Source: an uncultured archaeon (lineage in GTDB: Archaea; Thermoproteota; Bathyarchaeia; Bathyarchaeales; Bathycorpusculaceae). From it: a stretch of DNA of 64,000 nt. The notes beneath the pieces are model-generated. The model ran no database searches and was not told the DNA's origin. It saw nothing but the letters and a program-made list of their open reading frames with translations. The stretch covers positions 1 to 64,000 of the forward strand of contig CAWALK010000015.1 in the NCBI GenBank assembly GCA_963782915.1, written 5' to 3'. Within the stretch, counting starts at the first letter, position 1, and each line of letters opens with the position of its first letter. Positions 49,438-60,096 of this stretch are shown here, piece after piece. Position numbers and translations under genes: made by a program.

Positions 49438-52300
49438 TTTTTTTTTTTTTTTTTTATTATATTTTGTTTATTTTATTGATTTTATGGGTAATAGTTTTAT
49501 TTTGTGTGTGCAAATGGTAAAACTTAGTTTTTGAAATGGTAGTAATAGAGGGCTTGGAAGTTTTGCACGAAATTTCAGGGGCTATGTGAAGGTCAAAGTA
49601 TAACTACGACATAACAAAAAAAATATTTGAGGCTGCTAAAAAAAAATACGCTCATTTGTGCAGTTTGATTTTTGGATAGATCTTCTTACAGGAATCTGAT
49701 AACAAGATTGATATAGCGATAATCTTACATTGTTCAAACGATAGTGGCACGTATTGAAGACGATGCGAATTGGACGATAATAATGAAGGACAACATGCAG
49801 TATCACAACGAAAAATGTTGGGTTTCTGAAAAAGGGCGACTTGTCAGTGCTCGGCAGTTTATGATATTAAACTACAGCGATAATGAATGCAGCAAAAAAT
49901 ACGTGCTAATTCGCAGGGGTTGTACCTCCAGAATCAGTGCATCTGAAGAATACTAAAACAATGAGGAATGCTGCAGTGACTATGATTGATAGCTACTGAA
50001 GGTGAGACGATTTGGCGTCTAGCGGTATCGGTTTTTGCTCATCAACTTATGTGGCGCTTCTGAACAGAGCGCAAAAGCTGCAATCGTATCTATGATAAGG
50101 TTGATCAAAGAATTTGGATAACAGTGAATGGCTCGGGGTATCAAGCATAGGGCTAAGAAGAAGAGAATGCAAGCGCAGAAATTGATTGTAAGCTGGAAGA
50201 GAATGAACGTTGGATGTTCTCATAGAGGGATCTGCCACCAGACTGCACTAGTATTGACGAAAAGAGTCATCGAGCAGTATGATGTCGCTGCTTCGCGGGC
50301 TACTCAGTTCGGCGTCATAGCAAGCTTACGTTGGCGTGTTTGAGTGCAGGTGATGTTGTTCATCGCTGTTACGCCACTACTGCGCCAGTTTTTTGCAGCG
50401 CTTTAACGAGTAAAAGCTTATCATGGGTTCTGCTGTGCTATAACATCGAGGTTCTGTGCGGCGGCTACTGTTCTTCTTCTAAGAGAGATCGGAAAACGCG
50501 CCAGTCACGACAGTACGCTGTAGGATTCTGACTTTGAGCGATTGCTCGTGCAGTTTCTGGGTTTTACAGTGACATTCGAACACGGATGCTGGTATTTGGC
50601 AAATGGCGACGGATTGGGGATGTTATCCGGAGAGGGTTAGTATGCCGACGAAACCATCCATATAAGACCACTTCGGTTTCGTCTCCGTTAATGACTTCTT
50701 TGTGTGCGAAGCTAAGTGTTCGCATTGCGTGAGGCAAGGACATTTACTTCGGAGAGTCTAGTTTCTTGTGCACAGCTCTGCAAGAATTCAGGTGCACTTG
50801 ACTGAAGAGCTAAGATCGGTCGCTATCTGAATGACTGTAGACATTCGTTTGCGGTTACTATCGAAGAGGTACGTTTAGTTATTTGCGTTTTCTTTCGGAT
50901 TTGCATGTAGTCACAAGAGTGCTCTTTTAGCTAACGGAGAAGAGCTCCTCTGTTGAGTTACGATTACAATTGTCTTTCCTTCTCTCTTCAAGATGTGCTG
51001 TGCATTCACGCAGCGTGAGGGTTACATTCGGCTTACAGTGGCGGGCATGTTGGTATGTATAGGGGTTTCCCGAGGATGTTCAACACTGCATCTGGTTTTT
51101 GGTCAAAGTTCCGGTCTTGTCAGTGCAGATGGTTGTGGCGGACGATGTTGCACGGATAAGTCAGCGCGGGCAGAAACTGGTATTTTGCGCATGGCAAGCG
51201 AGAGTGAGAGGGCAACACCATAGGTAGCCTCGGGGATTGCAGCGACACAATAACCACGAGAGCATAAAGTAGTGGAGAACATTATTGGCGGTAAACATAT
51301 CAAACCTGTCACTTCGCGAAAATCATGCCGCGGATAATCAGAGAGCTGAAGATAAAATTGCTATGGCATACCGAATTTACTGATAGTGCTAGTAAGACTA
51401 GCTCCTCAAAGGAGTAAGTGATGCGTGGTCGATGCCAGTGAAGCGGCAATCACGCATCTGTGCTGAGTCACGACTGCTGCAGCGATATCTGTCCTTCTGC
51501 TGTGATGAAGGCGCCTTGAGGACTGAGCTTTTCGGTTTTTGTCACTGGCTCGGTTCACCGGTAAATGCGGATCATCAGAGCAGAGGTCGTCGCCAGATAT
51601 ACCAGCGTCGGGGGTATAGCGTCACCAGCTCCAGCAGGATAAGGTCGACACGATGTCGCGGGAGGGGAGGGGTTGGATGACATCTCTGATTACTTTAACT
51701 GCTACGTCATCTCGGCGGGCGTTTAAGGTGTCGAACTCTTGCGCTTCGGTATCGTTGAAAAACGTTACGGTGGCGAGGAGAACGGCGATAAGAATCGATG
51801 TGTCGAGAATCCTTCCTTGATGAGGAAGACAACATAGAAATGGCGACAGCAACGAGCAATATTTGATGATGGGGTTATGTATTTTTTTAGGTACTGTTTC
51901 CAGAGAGGTCTCGTACTGGGGGCGTATTGTGTTAGTGCCGTATTGTTTACGGAGCTGGTCAATCTGAGAAGTGGAGAGTGTTCTCTGTGGTTATTTTATT
52001 CATTCGTCTAATGTTAACATGATTTTGATCCTGGTGACGGGACAGGACTGTTGTGCAACAGGACTCGGGCTGTTGTTAAAAAATATGATGGCTTATTTGG
52101 GGGCATTTGGGCATGAAACTATTGTTCGCCAGCTATGCTCGCATAATGTCGTAGACCTAAGTTTGGGAATAGTTTTTCTTGCTACGTTCCTTTTGTCAAT
52201 TCAGTTTTTTGTAATGAGTGAAAGAAAGCGAGTGTTTCAACTGCGATGTTACGAGATCGTTTCTACGTGAGTAAAAGTTAGTCTTGCCATATTTTGGGGT
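49438..52300. other. Non-coding anomalous segment, probably low-quality basecalls
   Basis: Starts with an ~18-nt T run. No credible ORF on either strand for about 2.9 kb in an otherwise gene-dense genome; grades into a broken minus-strand ORF near 52250-52575. Confidence 0.6.
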
Positions 52301-52705
52301 TCAAGCTCAAACTTTGAATATTCCATGTTGGGTATCAAAAATAGCCCATGAGCTATGTCCCAACGGTCAGTCCATACACCACACTTTGATTGGTATTTTA
52401 ACGCCAAGCGTTCAAGGTTTTCAAGCCATTTTATTTTGATTCAAATTTTGGATTACCAAAGGACAGCTCTCAGGAGAGTGCTAATTACCTGTATGATATA
52501 CATTCAAACTCTACCCTCAATGGTCAATCAATATTACGTATGCTTACTTAAAGTATAATTCGATTGAGATTCCATGAGTTTGGTGTGAAGCATTTTCCGC
52601 TATTAAATCGAGCCTTAACATATTTTTTTAAAGTGCGCATGCTAAGGTGTAAAAACTTTTTCTTCTGGATTTAGATTAGGAAAAAAATCACTAAAAATGG
52701 TAGGT

Positions 52706-53179
52706 TTATTTTTTTATTTCATTAACATCAATATGTTGCGGGATGTGCAATCTATTTGTTTTAATATCAAGCCAAAAATGGAAAATATCCTCATTATTTA
52801 ACTTATGACTATGCGGTTCAGGTTGTACATGTGATGCAATCATGCTAAAGCAAGCATCAGAAATAAGCACCTTGTAGTTACCATTTGGAAGAATTTGAAC
52901 TGTAACGTGGCTTTCATCGGTTGGAACGTTTCTATAAGTGCCTTTATTTTCAATATTTAATTCTTGCTCAAGCCAAAGCTCCAGCAGTTCTGTGCTTGGG
53001 CGCTTGGGTTGTTTAATTTCTTTATTAATATAGTCAATATCTTCTTTTGGGACTTTCAATTCAAATATTTTCAAAGCAAGCACCGATGATATTTTAGATT
53101 TAGACAACAAAATCATCGATTTAAAGCTTATTAGTTGTTTCCTGCAAACACATTGCTTAGGTCGAAAATTTGATAGCAA
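52706..53179 (-). CDS. Hypothetical protein
   Basis: AT-rich ORF; start uncertain (possibly MILLSK). Confidence 0.5.
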   Translation of the reverse strand: MLSNFRPKQCVCRKQLISFKSMILLSKSKISSVLALKIFELKVPKEDIDYINKEIKQPKRPSTELLELWLEQELNIENKGTYRNVPTDESHVTVQILPNGNYKVLISDACFSMIASHVQPEPHSHKLNNEDIFHFWLDIKTNRLHIPQHIDVNEIKK

Positions 53180-53233
53180 GACAACTAGAATGGACAGAGA
53201 TAGAGATGATAAGATAAAAAACGCTAAAAAGAA

Positions 53234-54862
53234 TTAAGAAATGGAGGCTTTGGGCTTGCCAAGCTTTCTGTTGATGCATGCTTGGATGAAGCCAAAGTAT
53301 TCGGGTGATGGTCTGCCTGGGCGGCTTTTGAATTCGCCGTGGAATTGGCTGGCAAAATAGAAGTATTTGTCGGGCAACTCCATGGTTTCCATTCTTCTGC
53401 CGTCGGTGCTTTTGCCGGTGAAGCATAAGCCGCCGTTTTTGAGTGCTTCGATGTAGTCTAAGTTGACTTCGAAGCGGTGGCGGTGGCGTTCATGAATTTC
53501 TTCTTCACCGAACATTTTTTCGGCTAAGCTGCCTTTCTGGAGCATCACTTTGTGTGCGCCCAACCGCATGGTTGCACCCTTGATTTCTATGCCGCGTTGT
53601 TCAGGCATTAAATCGATGACTGGGTAGGGTGAGTCTGGGTTGATTTCTGTGCTGTTTGCATCGGTTAAGCCGCAGACGTTTCTTGCGAATTCGATGACTG
53701 CCAGTTGGAAACCGTAGCATATGCCAAGGAAGGGTATGTCGTTTTCTCTTGCGTACTTGGCTGCTGCAATCTTGCCCTCTGTGCCTCTTGGACCAAAACC
53801 GTATGGTACGAAGATGCCGTCATAGTTTGATAGGTCTTTGATGCATTCGGGTTCGCGTTCGAATTTTTCTGCTTCAAGGTAGCTTATGCAAACTTTTGTT
53901 TTGCATGCTGCACCGCCATGGCGGAGTGCTTCGGTCATGCTGACGTAACTGTCTGAGAGTCCCGCGTATTTGCCGACTAGGGCAATTTTTACTTCGTGCT
54001 CGGGGTTTACCATGCCGTCGACGAATATTTGCCATTCACTGAAATCTTTGGTGTCGCATTTTAAGCCTAAGCGTTGGCAGATGAAGTCACCCATGCCCTG
54101 CTTGTCGAGGATTAATGGGACTTGATAGACTGTTTCTGCATTGTATGAACAGAAAACTGAGCTTTCAGGTATGGTGCCGAATAGGGCGATTTTTCGCAGT
54201 GCCTCAGCATCAATCATTTGTGGGCTGCGGGCAACGATTGTGTCGGGTTGGATACCGATGCGTCGTAGTTCGTTGACGCTGTGTTGAAGCGGTTTAGTTT
54301 TCATTTCGCCGGTAACATCTAAAATTGGCACAAGTGCCACATGGACATAGAGCGTGTTTTCGTAGCCTTCTTCAACGCGCATCTGGCGGATGGCTTCAAG
54401 GAATGGTAAGCCTTCGATGTCGCCGACAGTGCCGCCTACTTCGGTGAGGACGATGTCTGCGTTGACGGATTTGCCCGCGTTTCTGATGCGGTTCTTTATT
54501 TCGTTAGTGATATGAGGGACAATTTGGACGCATCTGCCTAAGAAGTCGCCGTGGCGTTCCTTCTCGATTACACTTCGGTAGATGGTGCCGGTGGTTAAGT
54601 TGTTATCCTGTTTGAGGCTTAAGTCTAAAAAGCGTTCATACCAGCCTAAGTCTAGGTCGGTTTCGCCGCCGTCATCGGTGACGAAGACTTCGCCATGCAT
54701 ATACGGGTTCATCGTACCCGCATCGATGTTAACGTATGGATCAATTTTGATTACGGTGGGTTTTAGTCCTCTTGCCTGCAACATTTTTCCGATGGAGGAA
54801 GTTAAAATTCCCTTGCCAACTGAGCTTAAAACGCCGCCGGTTACGAAAATGTACTTAACCAT
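53234..54862 (-). CDS. pyrG: CTP synthase
   Basis: KYIFVTGGVLSSVGKG, DPYVNIDAGTM, KTKPLQHSV, GICYGFQ, ERHRHRFE and QFHGEF motifs. Confidence 0.97.
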   Translation of the reverse strand: MVKYIFVTGGVLSSVGKGILTSSIGKMLQARGLKPTVIKIDPYVNIDAGTMNPYMHGEVFVTDDGGETDLDLGWYERFLDLSLKQDNNLTTGTIYRSVIEKERHGDFLGRCVQIVPHITNEIKNRIRNAGKSVNADIVLTEVGGTVGDIEGLPFLEAIRQMRVEEGYENTLYVHVALVPILDVTGEMKTKPLQHSVNELRRIGIQPDTIVARSPQMIDAEALRKIALFGTIPESSVFCSYNAETVYQVPLILDKQGMGDFICQRLGLKCDTKDFSEWQIFVDGMVNPEHEVKIALVGKYAGLSDSYVSMTEALRHGGAACKTKVCISYLEAEKFEREPECIKDLSNYDGIFVPYGFGPRGTEGKIAAAKYARENDIPFLGICYGFQLAVIEFARNVCGLTDANSTEINPDSPYPVIDLMPEQRGIEIKGATMRLGAHKVMLQKGSLAEKMFGEEEIHERHRHRFEVNLDYIEALKNGGLCFTGKSTDGRRMETMELPDKYFYFASQFHGEFKSRPGRPSPEYFGFIQACINRKLGKPKASIS

Positions 54863-54973
54863 TAGTTTCCCCGCATTAGCCTACAACTTTCATACGAACT
54901 TAATATAACTCTTTTGTGTGCATAGCTCAGAAAATGAGCAATCCAACACAAATAATCCCAAACTAAAGTGGGG

Positions 54974-55324
54974 TTATTGGGGTGGCGCTTGCCTGTATCT
55001 GCGGTTGCGCCTTAAACCAAGCAAAAGAATCCACAGCCCAATTAGGACAAGTACTATGGGCCAGAAGTAGGTCCAGAATAGGGTAAAGCCTGTTAATGCT
55101 GCTATGCCGATGATTACGATGAATAATCCTGCGATTAAAAGTCCAAAGCCGCCTCCGCCCTGTCGATGTCGGTATCCTTCGTTGTAGTAGTGCCTATGTT
55201 CATAGGGCGTGTAGGGTCTGCTCTCTTGTTGGTTGAGTGGTGCCCCACAATTCGAACAGTTAGCGGATGTATCAGGGTTAAGTGTGCCGCATCTTGAGCA
55301 ATAAACCAAATCGATTTCTCCCAA
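54974..55324 (-). CDS. Zinc-ribbon protein with two C-terminal TM helices
   Basis: YCSRCG...CSNCGAPL; FWPIVLVLIGLWIL. Confidence 0.8.
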   Translation of the reverse strand: MGEIDLVYCSRCGTLNPDTSANCSNCGAPLNQQESRPYTPYEHRHYYNEGYRHRQGGGGFGLLIAGLFIVIIGIAALTGFTLFWTYFWPIVLVLIGLWILLLGLRRNRRYRQAPPQ

Positions 55325-55451
55325 GTACCAACTTAGAAACTCTTATGCTCATAAGATTTTTGGTAACATCACAAATGACGGCGCTAAATCGTATGTTGCG
55401 TACATAACAACTATAAATCACGCCTGCAATAGCATATCGTGGTGACTCTAA

Positions 55452-55685
55452 ATGCCACAAGCCTTTGTACTAATTAACGTTGAATCAGGCGCAGAAGAGG
55501 AAGTTGTCAGTCAGCTTAAAAAAATCGAGGGTGTCGAAGAAGCCTACTTTTCATATGGTGTCTATGACATTATCAGTAAAGTTAAAGCTGAATCGATGGA
55601 GAAACTCAAGGACCTAGTGACCCGCAAGATTCGTACTCTTAATCGGGTTCGGTCAACTTTAACGTTGATTATGATGGAAGAGTAA
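55452..55685 (+). CDS. Stand-alone Lrp/AsnC ligand-binding domain protein
   Basis: AFVLINVE...GVEEAY..YGVYDII...VRSTLTLI. Confidence 0.9.
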   Translation: MPQAFVLINVESGAEEEVVSQLKKIEGVEEAYFSYGVYDIISKVKAESMEKLKDLVTRKIRTLNRVRSTLTLIMMEE

Positions 55686-55770
55686 GCGCCTTCCAAATGC
55701 TTTCTTAATTATTTTTTGTTTTTACAATTATCCGTCAGTTTTATATGTTTAAACATTCAAACAAATTATT

Positions 55771-56457
55771 ATGCAAACCAAGCATATTTCCGCCTTAGTT
55801 GCAGTATTTCTTGTTTTAAGCCTTGTTTCACTGGTGTCTGCTGCTGAATTATCGATTGGCGTTCAAGGCGGCGACTGGATAGAATACAACGTAACCTCCA
55901 CGGGTGCACCATTGCAGGGACATGATGTTCAATGGGCACGCATGACAGTTCTCAGCGAAGAAAACCCAACCATCGACGTCTCAATAACCTCAATTTTCAC
56001 AGATGGCTCCAACGACACAACGGCGTACACCCTCAATTTGCAAACCGGCCATTTGATTGATGACTTCATAATCCCATCTAACCTCAAAGTCGGCGACACT
56101 TTTGTCGATGAAAATCTCGGCAACGTAACCATCACCCAAACAGCAGTGCAAACTTATGCAGGTGCAGAAAGAACCGTCGTATCAGCTACAGTAGGAAACA
56201 ACACCTATGTTTGGGATCAAGCAACAGGTGTAAGCGTAGAAGGAACATCGCAAACCAGCGAATACACCATTCACTCTGTGGTTTCCGCTACTAACATGTG
56301 GCAGCCCACATCAGCGCAGAATTCTGCCATTGAATCAGTGCTTGTAGTTACAGCTGTCCTATTCATCATTGTGCTTATAGCGATCACTGGTATTGCACGG
56401 TATCGACAAAAAATAGTTATCGAAAAACAGTTAGTGGCCGCAGAGAGTCTTGATTAA
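55771..56457 (+). CDS. Secreted/membrane-anchored hypothetical protein
   Basis: Signal peptide, GVQGGDWIEY, WDQATGV and C-terminal TM. Confidence 0.75.
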   Translation: MQTKHISALVAVFLVLSLVSLVSAAELSIGVQGGDWIEYNVTSTGAPLQGHDVQWARMTVLSEENPTIDVSITSIFTDGSNDTTAYTLNLQTGHLIDDFIIPSNLKVGDTFVDENLGNVTITQTAVQTYAGAERTVVSATVGNNTYVWDQATGVSVEGTSQTSEYTIHSVVSATNMWQPTSAQNSAIESVLVVTAVLFIIVLIAITGIARYRQKIVIEKQLVAAESLD

Positions 56458-56502
56458 GCCTTAAATGGTTAGGCACTAACCTTAAGCAAGGCTCGACAAC
56501 GT

Positions 56503-57562
56503 ATGGAACCCGCGAAGAAACCCCTGCAATCAAAACCGATACTGATTGTTCTAGTAGCGGGTTTAATCGCGTTTTTACTCTACATATTCTTCTACGTTAA
56601 CCCCGCCCAAGTCGCACAGATACTCTCACAAACCAACTTGGCAATCTACTCAACCGCCTTCATAGCTTTCACGTTAAACACGGTTTTTTCTTCGCTAGTC
56701 TGGTATCGACTCCTAAACAGCCTATCCGTAAATGTACCCAGACGCAAAACGTTTCTCTACACATGGGTCGGTTTATTCTTCGAAGCCACCGTACCCCAGT
56801 TGGGTTGGTCAGGCGAAGTCTCCAAAACATACATGTTAACTCAAGGATACCAGCGTTGATGTTGGAAAAGTCGGGGCATCGGTTGTTTGGCAAAAAATCT
56901 TCAACATGACCCTCACCGTTGCCATGCTAAGCATAGGCTTGGGGCTGGTGCTTTTTAACTATGAGTTACAGCCTTTGGCGGCTATACTGATTAGCATTGT
57001 TTTGGCGCTCTCTATTTTAACCGTGGCTGTAGTTTACTATGTCAGCTTGAAACCTGCGGCTACAAAGACTCTTCTCGGCTGGGCAGTAAAAGCGATCAAG
57101 TTTTTCCGTAAAAGCTGGAACCCCGAAGGCTTCCTCATAAAAGCTGAGGGTTTGCTGGGTAACTTCCACCTCGGAGTCGCCGAGTTAAAGGCTAAACCTA
57201 AAGCGTTGATTTTACCTATGATTTATTCGGTTATCAGTTTTGCTTTGGAGGTTGCAGTGTTTTTCATAACGTTTGCAGCCCTGGGGCAGCCGATACGTGT
57301 AGATGCGATATTCATCGTGTTTACTTTGACGGGGGTTTTGCAGACGGCGGGCGTGGCGTTTTTTGGTTTTCCAGAGTTAGTAATGACCATAACGTTAACG
57401 GCACTCAACATTAGCCCTGACGTTGCGGTGTCTGTTGCGTTGTTAACACGGGTTGTTAATTTGTGGTTCCGGCTCATTGTTTCCTACGTGGCGTTGCAGT
57501 GGGCAGGCGTCAAAATAATGCGGCAAAACAAGACAAAACAACAAGTTATCCCTGCCATTTAG
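56503..57562 (+). CDS. UPF0104 flippase-like membrane protein (frameshift ~56845)
   Basis: WYRLL, VPQLGWSGEVSKTY, FGFPE and TRVVNLWF motifs. Confidence 0.85.
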
Positions 57563-57664
57563 GGCTTAAACACTTGTCTAAACCGCATGTTATGAAGGGT
57601 TGCTTGGTTGCTCATAGGAAACATTTTAAATGAACTCCATACCTAATATTATCAGAGGATCATT

Positions 57665-57904
57665 ATGCCTACAGCGTTTGTGTTGATAAATACCGAGATA
57701 GGCTCTGAATCGGACGTTCTAAAGGAGCTGAAGAAAGTTGAAGGCGTTGAGGAAGCATCAGCCGTCTACGGAGTATACGACATCGTAGCAAGAGTTAAAG
57801 CCGAAACGATGGATAAACTCAAAGAAATAGTCACTTGGAGAATCCGGCGACTCGACAAGGTCCGCTCGACACTCACAATGATTGTCGTAGAAGACAAACC
57901 ATAA
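57665..57904 (+). CDS. Stand-alone Lrp/AsnC ligand-binding domain protein
   Basis: AFVLINTEIG...VYGVYDIV...VRSTLTMI. Confidence 0.9.
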   Translation: MPTAFVLINTEIGSESDVLKELKKVEGVEEASAVYGVYDIVARVKAETMDKLKEIVTWRIRRLDKVRSTLTMIVVEDKP

Positions 57905-58273
57905 ATTATTTCTTTTCTTTCCAACTTCTTTTAAAGTCTGATTTTTAGGTTTTATTTAAAAACCGCCAAATAGTCTAGAGAATACGTTTTAGACGTCGAG
58001 TTAGCGGTTGTGACTGTACTGGCACAATCACACAGTTTTATATTTTTTTCAGGCGAAATAGAGGCTGTGCGTCAGAACTGGTGAAAAAATGAAAACAAAC
58101 TTGCATACCCAACACATGCAAAGGCAAGCGGCAATGGCCAGCGGATGCACCCAATTTTTATTCGGTTGGCCAAAGAGGCTTGGCAACACACATAACCTTT
58201 TTGCGTTCCCCTTGAACGAAGAGCACCCAAGCTTCTGAGGCTAACCATCCCCCCTCAAATTAATGGAGAAAAA

Positions 58274-58588
58274 ATGTTTATGCCAACAGCTTATGTCCTT
58301 TTGAACACGGAAATCGGAGCCGAAAACCAAGTTTTAAGAGCGCTAAAAGAAATGGATTGCGTTGAAGAAGCTTATCATCTTTGGGGAGTCTACGACATCA
58401 TCGCCAACATAACCGCAAATAACATGAACGAACTCAAAGACATCATAACTAACCGTATCGATGGAATCGGCCAAATCAACTCAAAATTAACGATGATAGT
58501 TTCCGATAAAGCCCCAGTGGTTTTCCCCAATAGAGCCGAATCGGAACACGGCCTTATCGATCGTGAACCAATGTCAGTGTATGCTTAG
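58274..58588 (+). CDS. Stand-alone Lrp/AsnC ligand-binding domain protein
   Basis: AYVLLNTEIG...LWGVYDII...KLTMI. Confidence 0.85.
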   Translation: MFMPTAYVLLNTEIGAENQVLRALKEMDCVEEAYHLWGVYDIIANITANNMNELKDIITNRIDGIGQINSKLTMIVSDKAPVVFPNRAESEHGLIDREPMSVYA

Positions 58589-58680
58589 AACCGCATTTTA
58601 GCGGACAATACTTTTTACCTTCCCTCCACCTTCTCTATTTCTACGTGGAGCGCAATTATCCCTTGACTACATTGCAGACT

Positions 58681-60007
58681 ATGCATATTGGCTTAGATGA
58701 CACTGACTCAACCAAGGGAGGCTGCACAACATACCTCACAGCTGTGCTTATTGAGGAACTCAAAAAATTCAACGTAGAATTCATCGATTATCCCGGTTTG
58801 ATTAGGCTTAACCCGAATGTGCCCTGGAAGACCCGCGGAAACGGCGCATTATGCTTACGATTCACATACAACCCAGAGTTCGAAGAGCAAATCAAAGAAA
58901 CCGCAACCGCACTTTGGGAAGCCCATTCTGCGGTGAAAGAAAAAGGCACAGACCCCGGCATAGTCTTCTACAAAGGCGACGTTGTACCGGACGAGTTAAC
59001 GGCTTTTTCTAAAAAAACCGAAACAACCATCGTAACCCTCAAAGAAGCCATGGCACTCATCAAAAAATACGGTGCAGAAGCCATAGGCTACAATTCGTGC
59101 CGAGGCATCATCGGCTCGTTAGCAGCCATCGGCGAAACACTGAATTGTGATTACACTTACGAACTCATCGCGTACCGCACCCCCGAAAACTTGGGCACAG
59201 TCAGACGTGTGGATGAAGCGTCGATTTTTGAGATGGACAAACAAACCCAGCCCTACACATTCAACAATGTTGATGTAGAGAAGGGCAGAGTGATAATTAC
59301 GCCCAGAGGACCCGACCCAATCCTGTTTGGCATACAGAGGCGAAACAGCGGAAATCGTAAAAAAAGCATTCAGCTTAGTGAAGCCACTGGAGCCGGTTGA
59401 GCGTTGGGTGATTTTCCGTAGCAACCAGGGCACAGATGCACATCTAAAACCTGTGGCTAAGTTAAGCGATGTTGAGCCTTACTGTTCGGTAATCGCCAAA
59501 GGGACAGTTTCGCAGAACCCTCGTGTGGTTCCTTTGCGTCATATTATCTTCTCTATCAAGGATGACTCGGCGGAAGTGGATTGCGCTGCCTATGAACCAA
59601 CAGGGGATCTGCGCAAAATCGCAAGAGAACTCATGATTGGCGATACCATAGACGTCTGCGGTGCAACACACAAAGCCACAGAGACAAAACCCTTAACGAT
59701 AAACCTTGAAAAAATCACCATCCAAACTCTAATACAGAAATTAGAAACTGAAAATCCAATGTGCCCAACCTGCGGCAAACACCTCAAATCCATGGGTAAA
59801 AACCAAGGGTTCCGCTGCGAGAAATGCGGCGGCAAATACGCTGACCTAAAAAAGAAGGAGTCTACCGTACCGCGGTCGGTTGAAGTGGGGTTGTATATTA
59901 CTTCAACTCGTTCACAGAGACATCTGACTAAGCCCCTAAGACGCTATGGGCAAGAAAAAACCGACGCATCCACCAATCGTTTAATCGATGAGTGGCATTT
60001 TCCTTAA
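58681..60007 (+). CDS. tiaS: tRNA(Ile2) 2-agmatinylcytidine synthetase (frameshift ~59335)
   Basis: HIGLDDTDS-KGGCTT, LIRLNPNVPWKTRGN, PRGPDPILFG, SNQGTDAH, AAYEPT, a Zn ribbon and RHLTKP. Confidence 0.93.
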
Positions 60008-60096
60008 CACCAAACCGAAATCTATTTTGAAATCCTTTAAATCCGACAAACCCATAAACCACTCCAACAACAAGCGGCTAAAAGAGGCACCATCAC

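Noticed and set aside
49744-52270. Short ORFs in the anomalous segment
   Set aside because: No recognisable motifs, RBS or protein-like composition; likely spurious.
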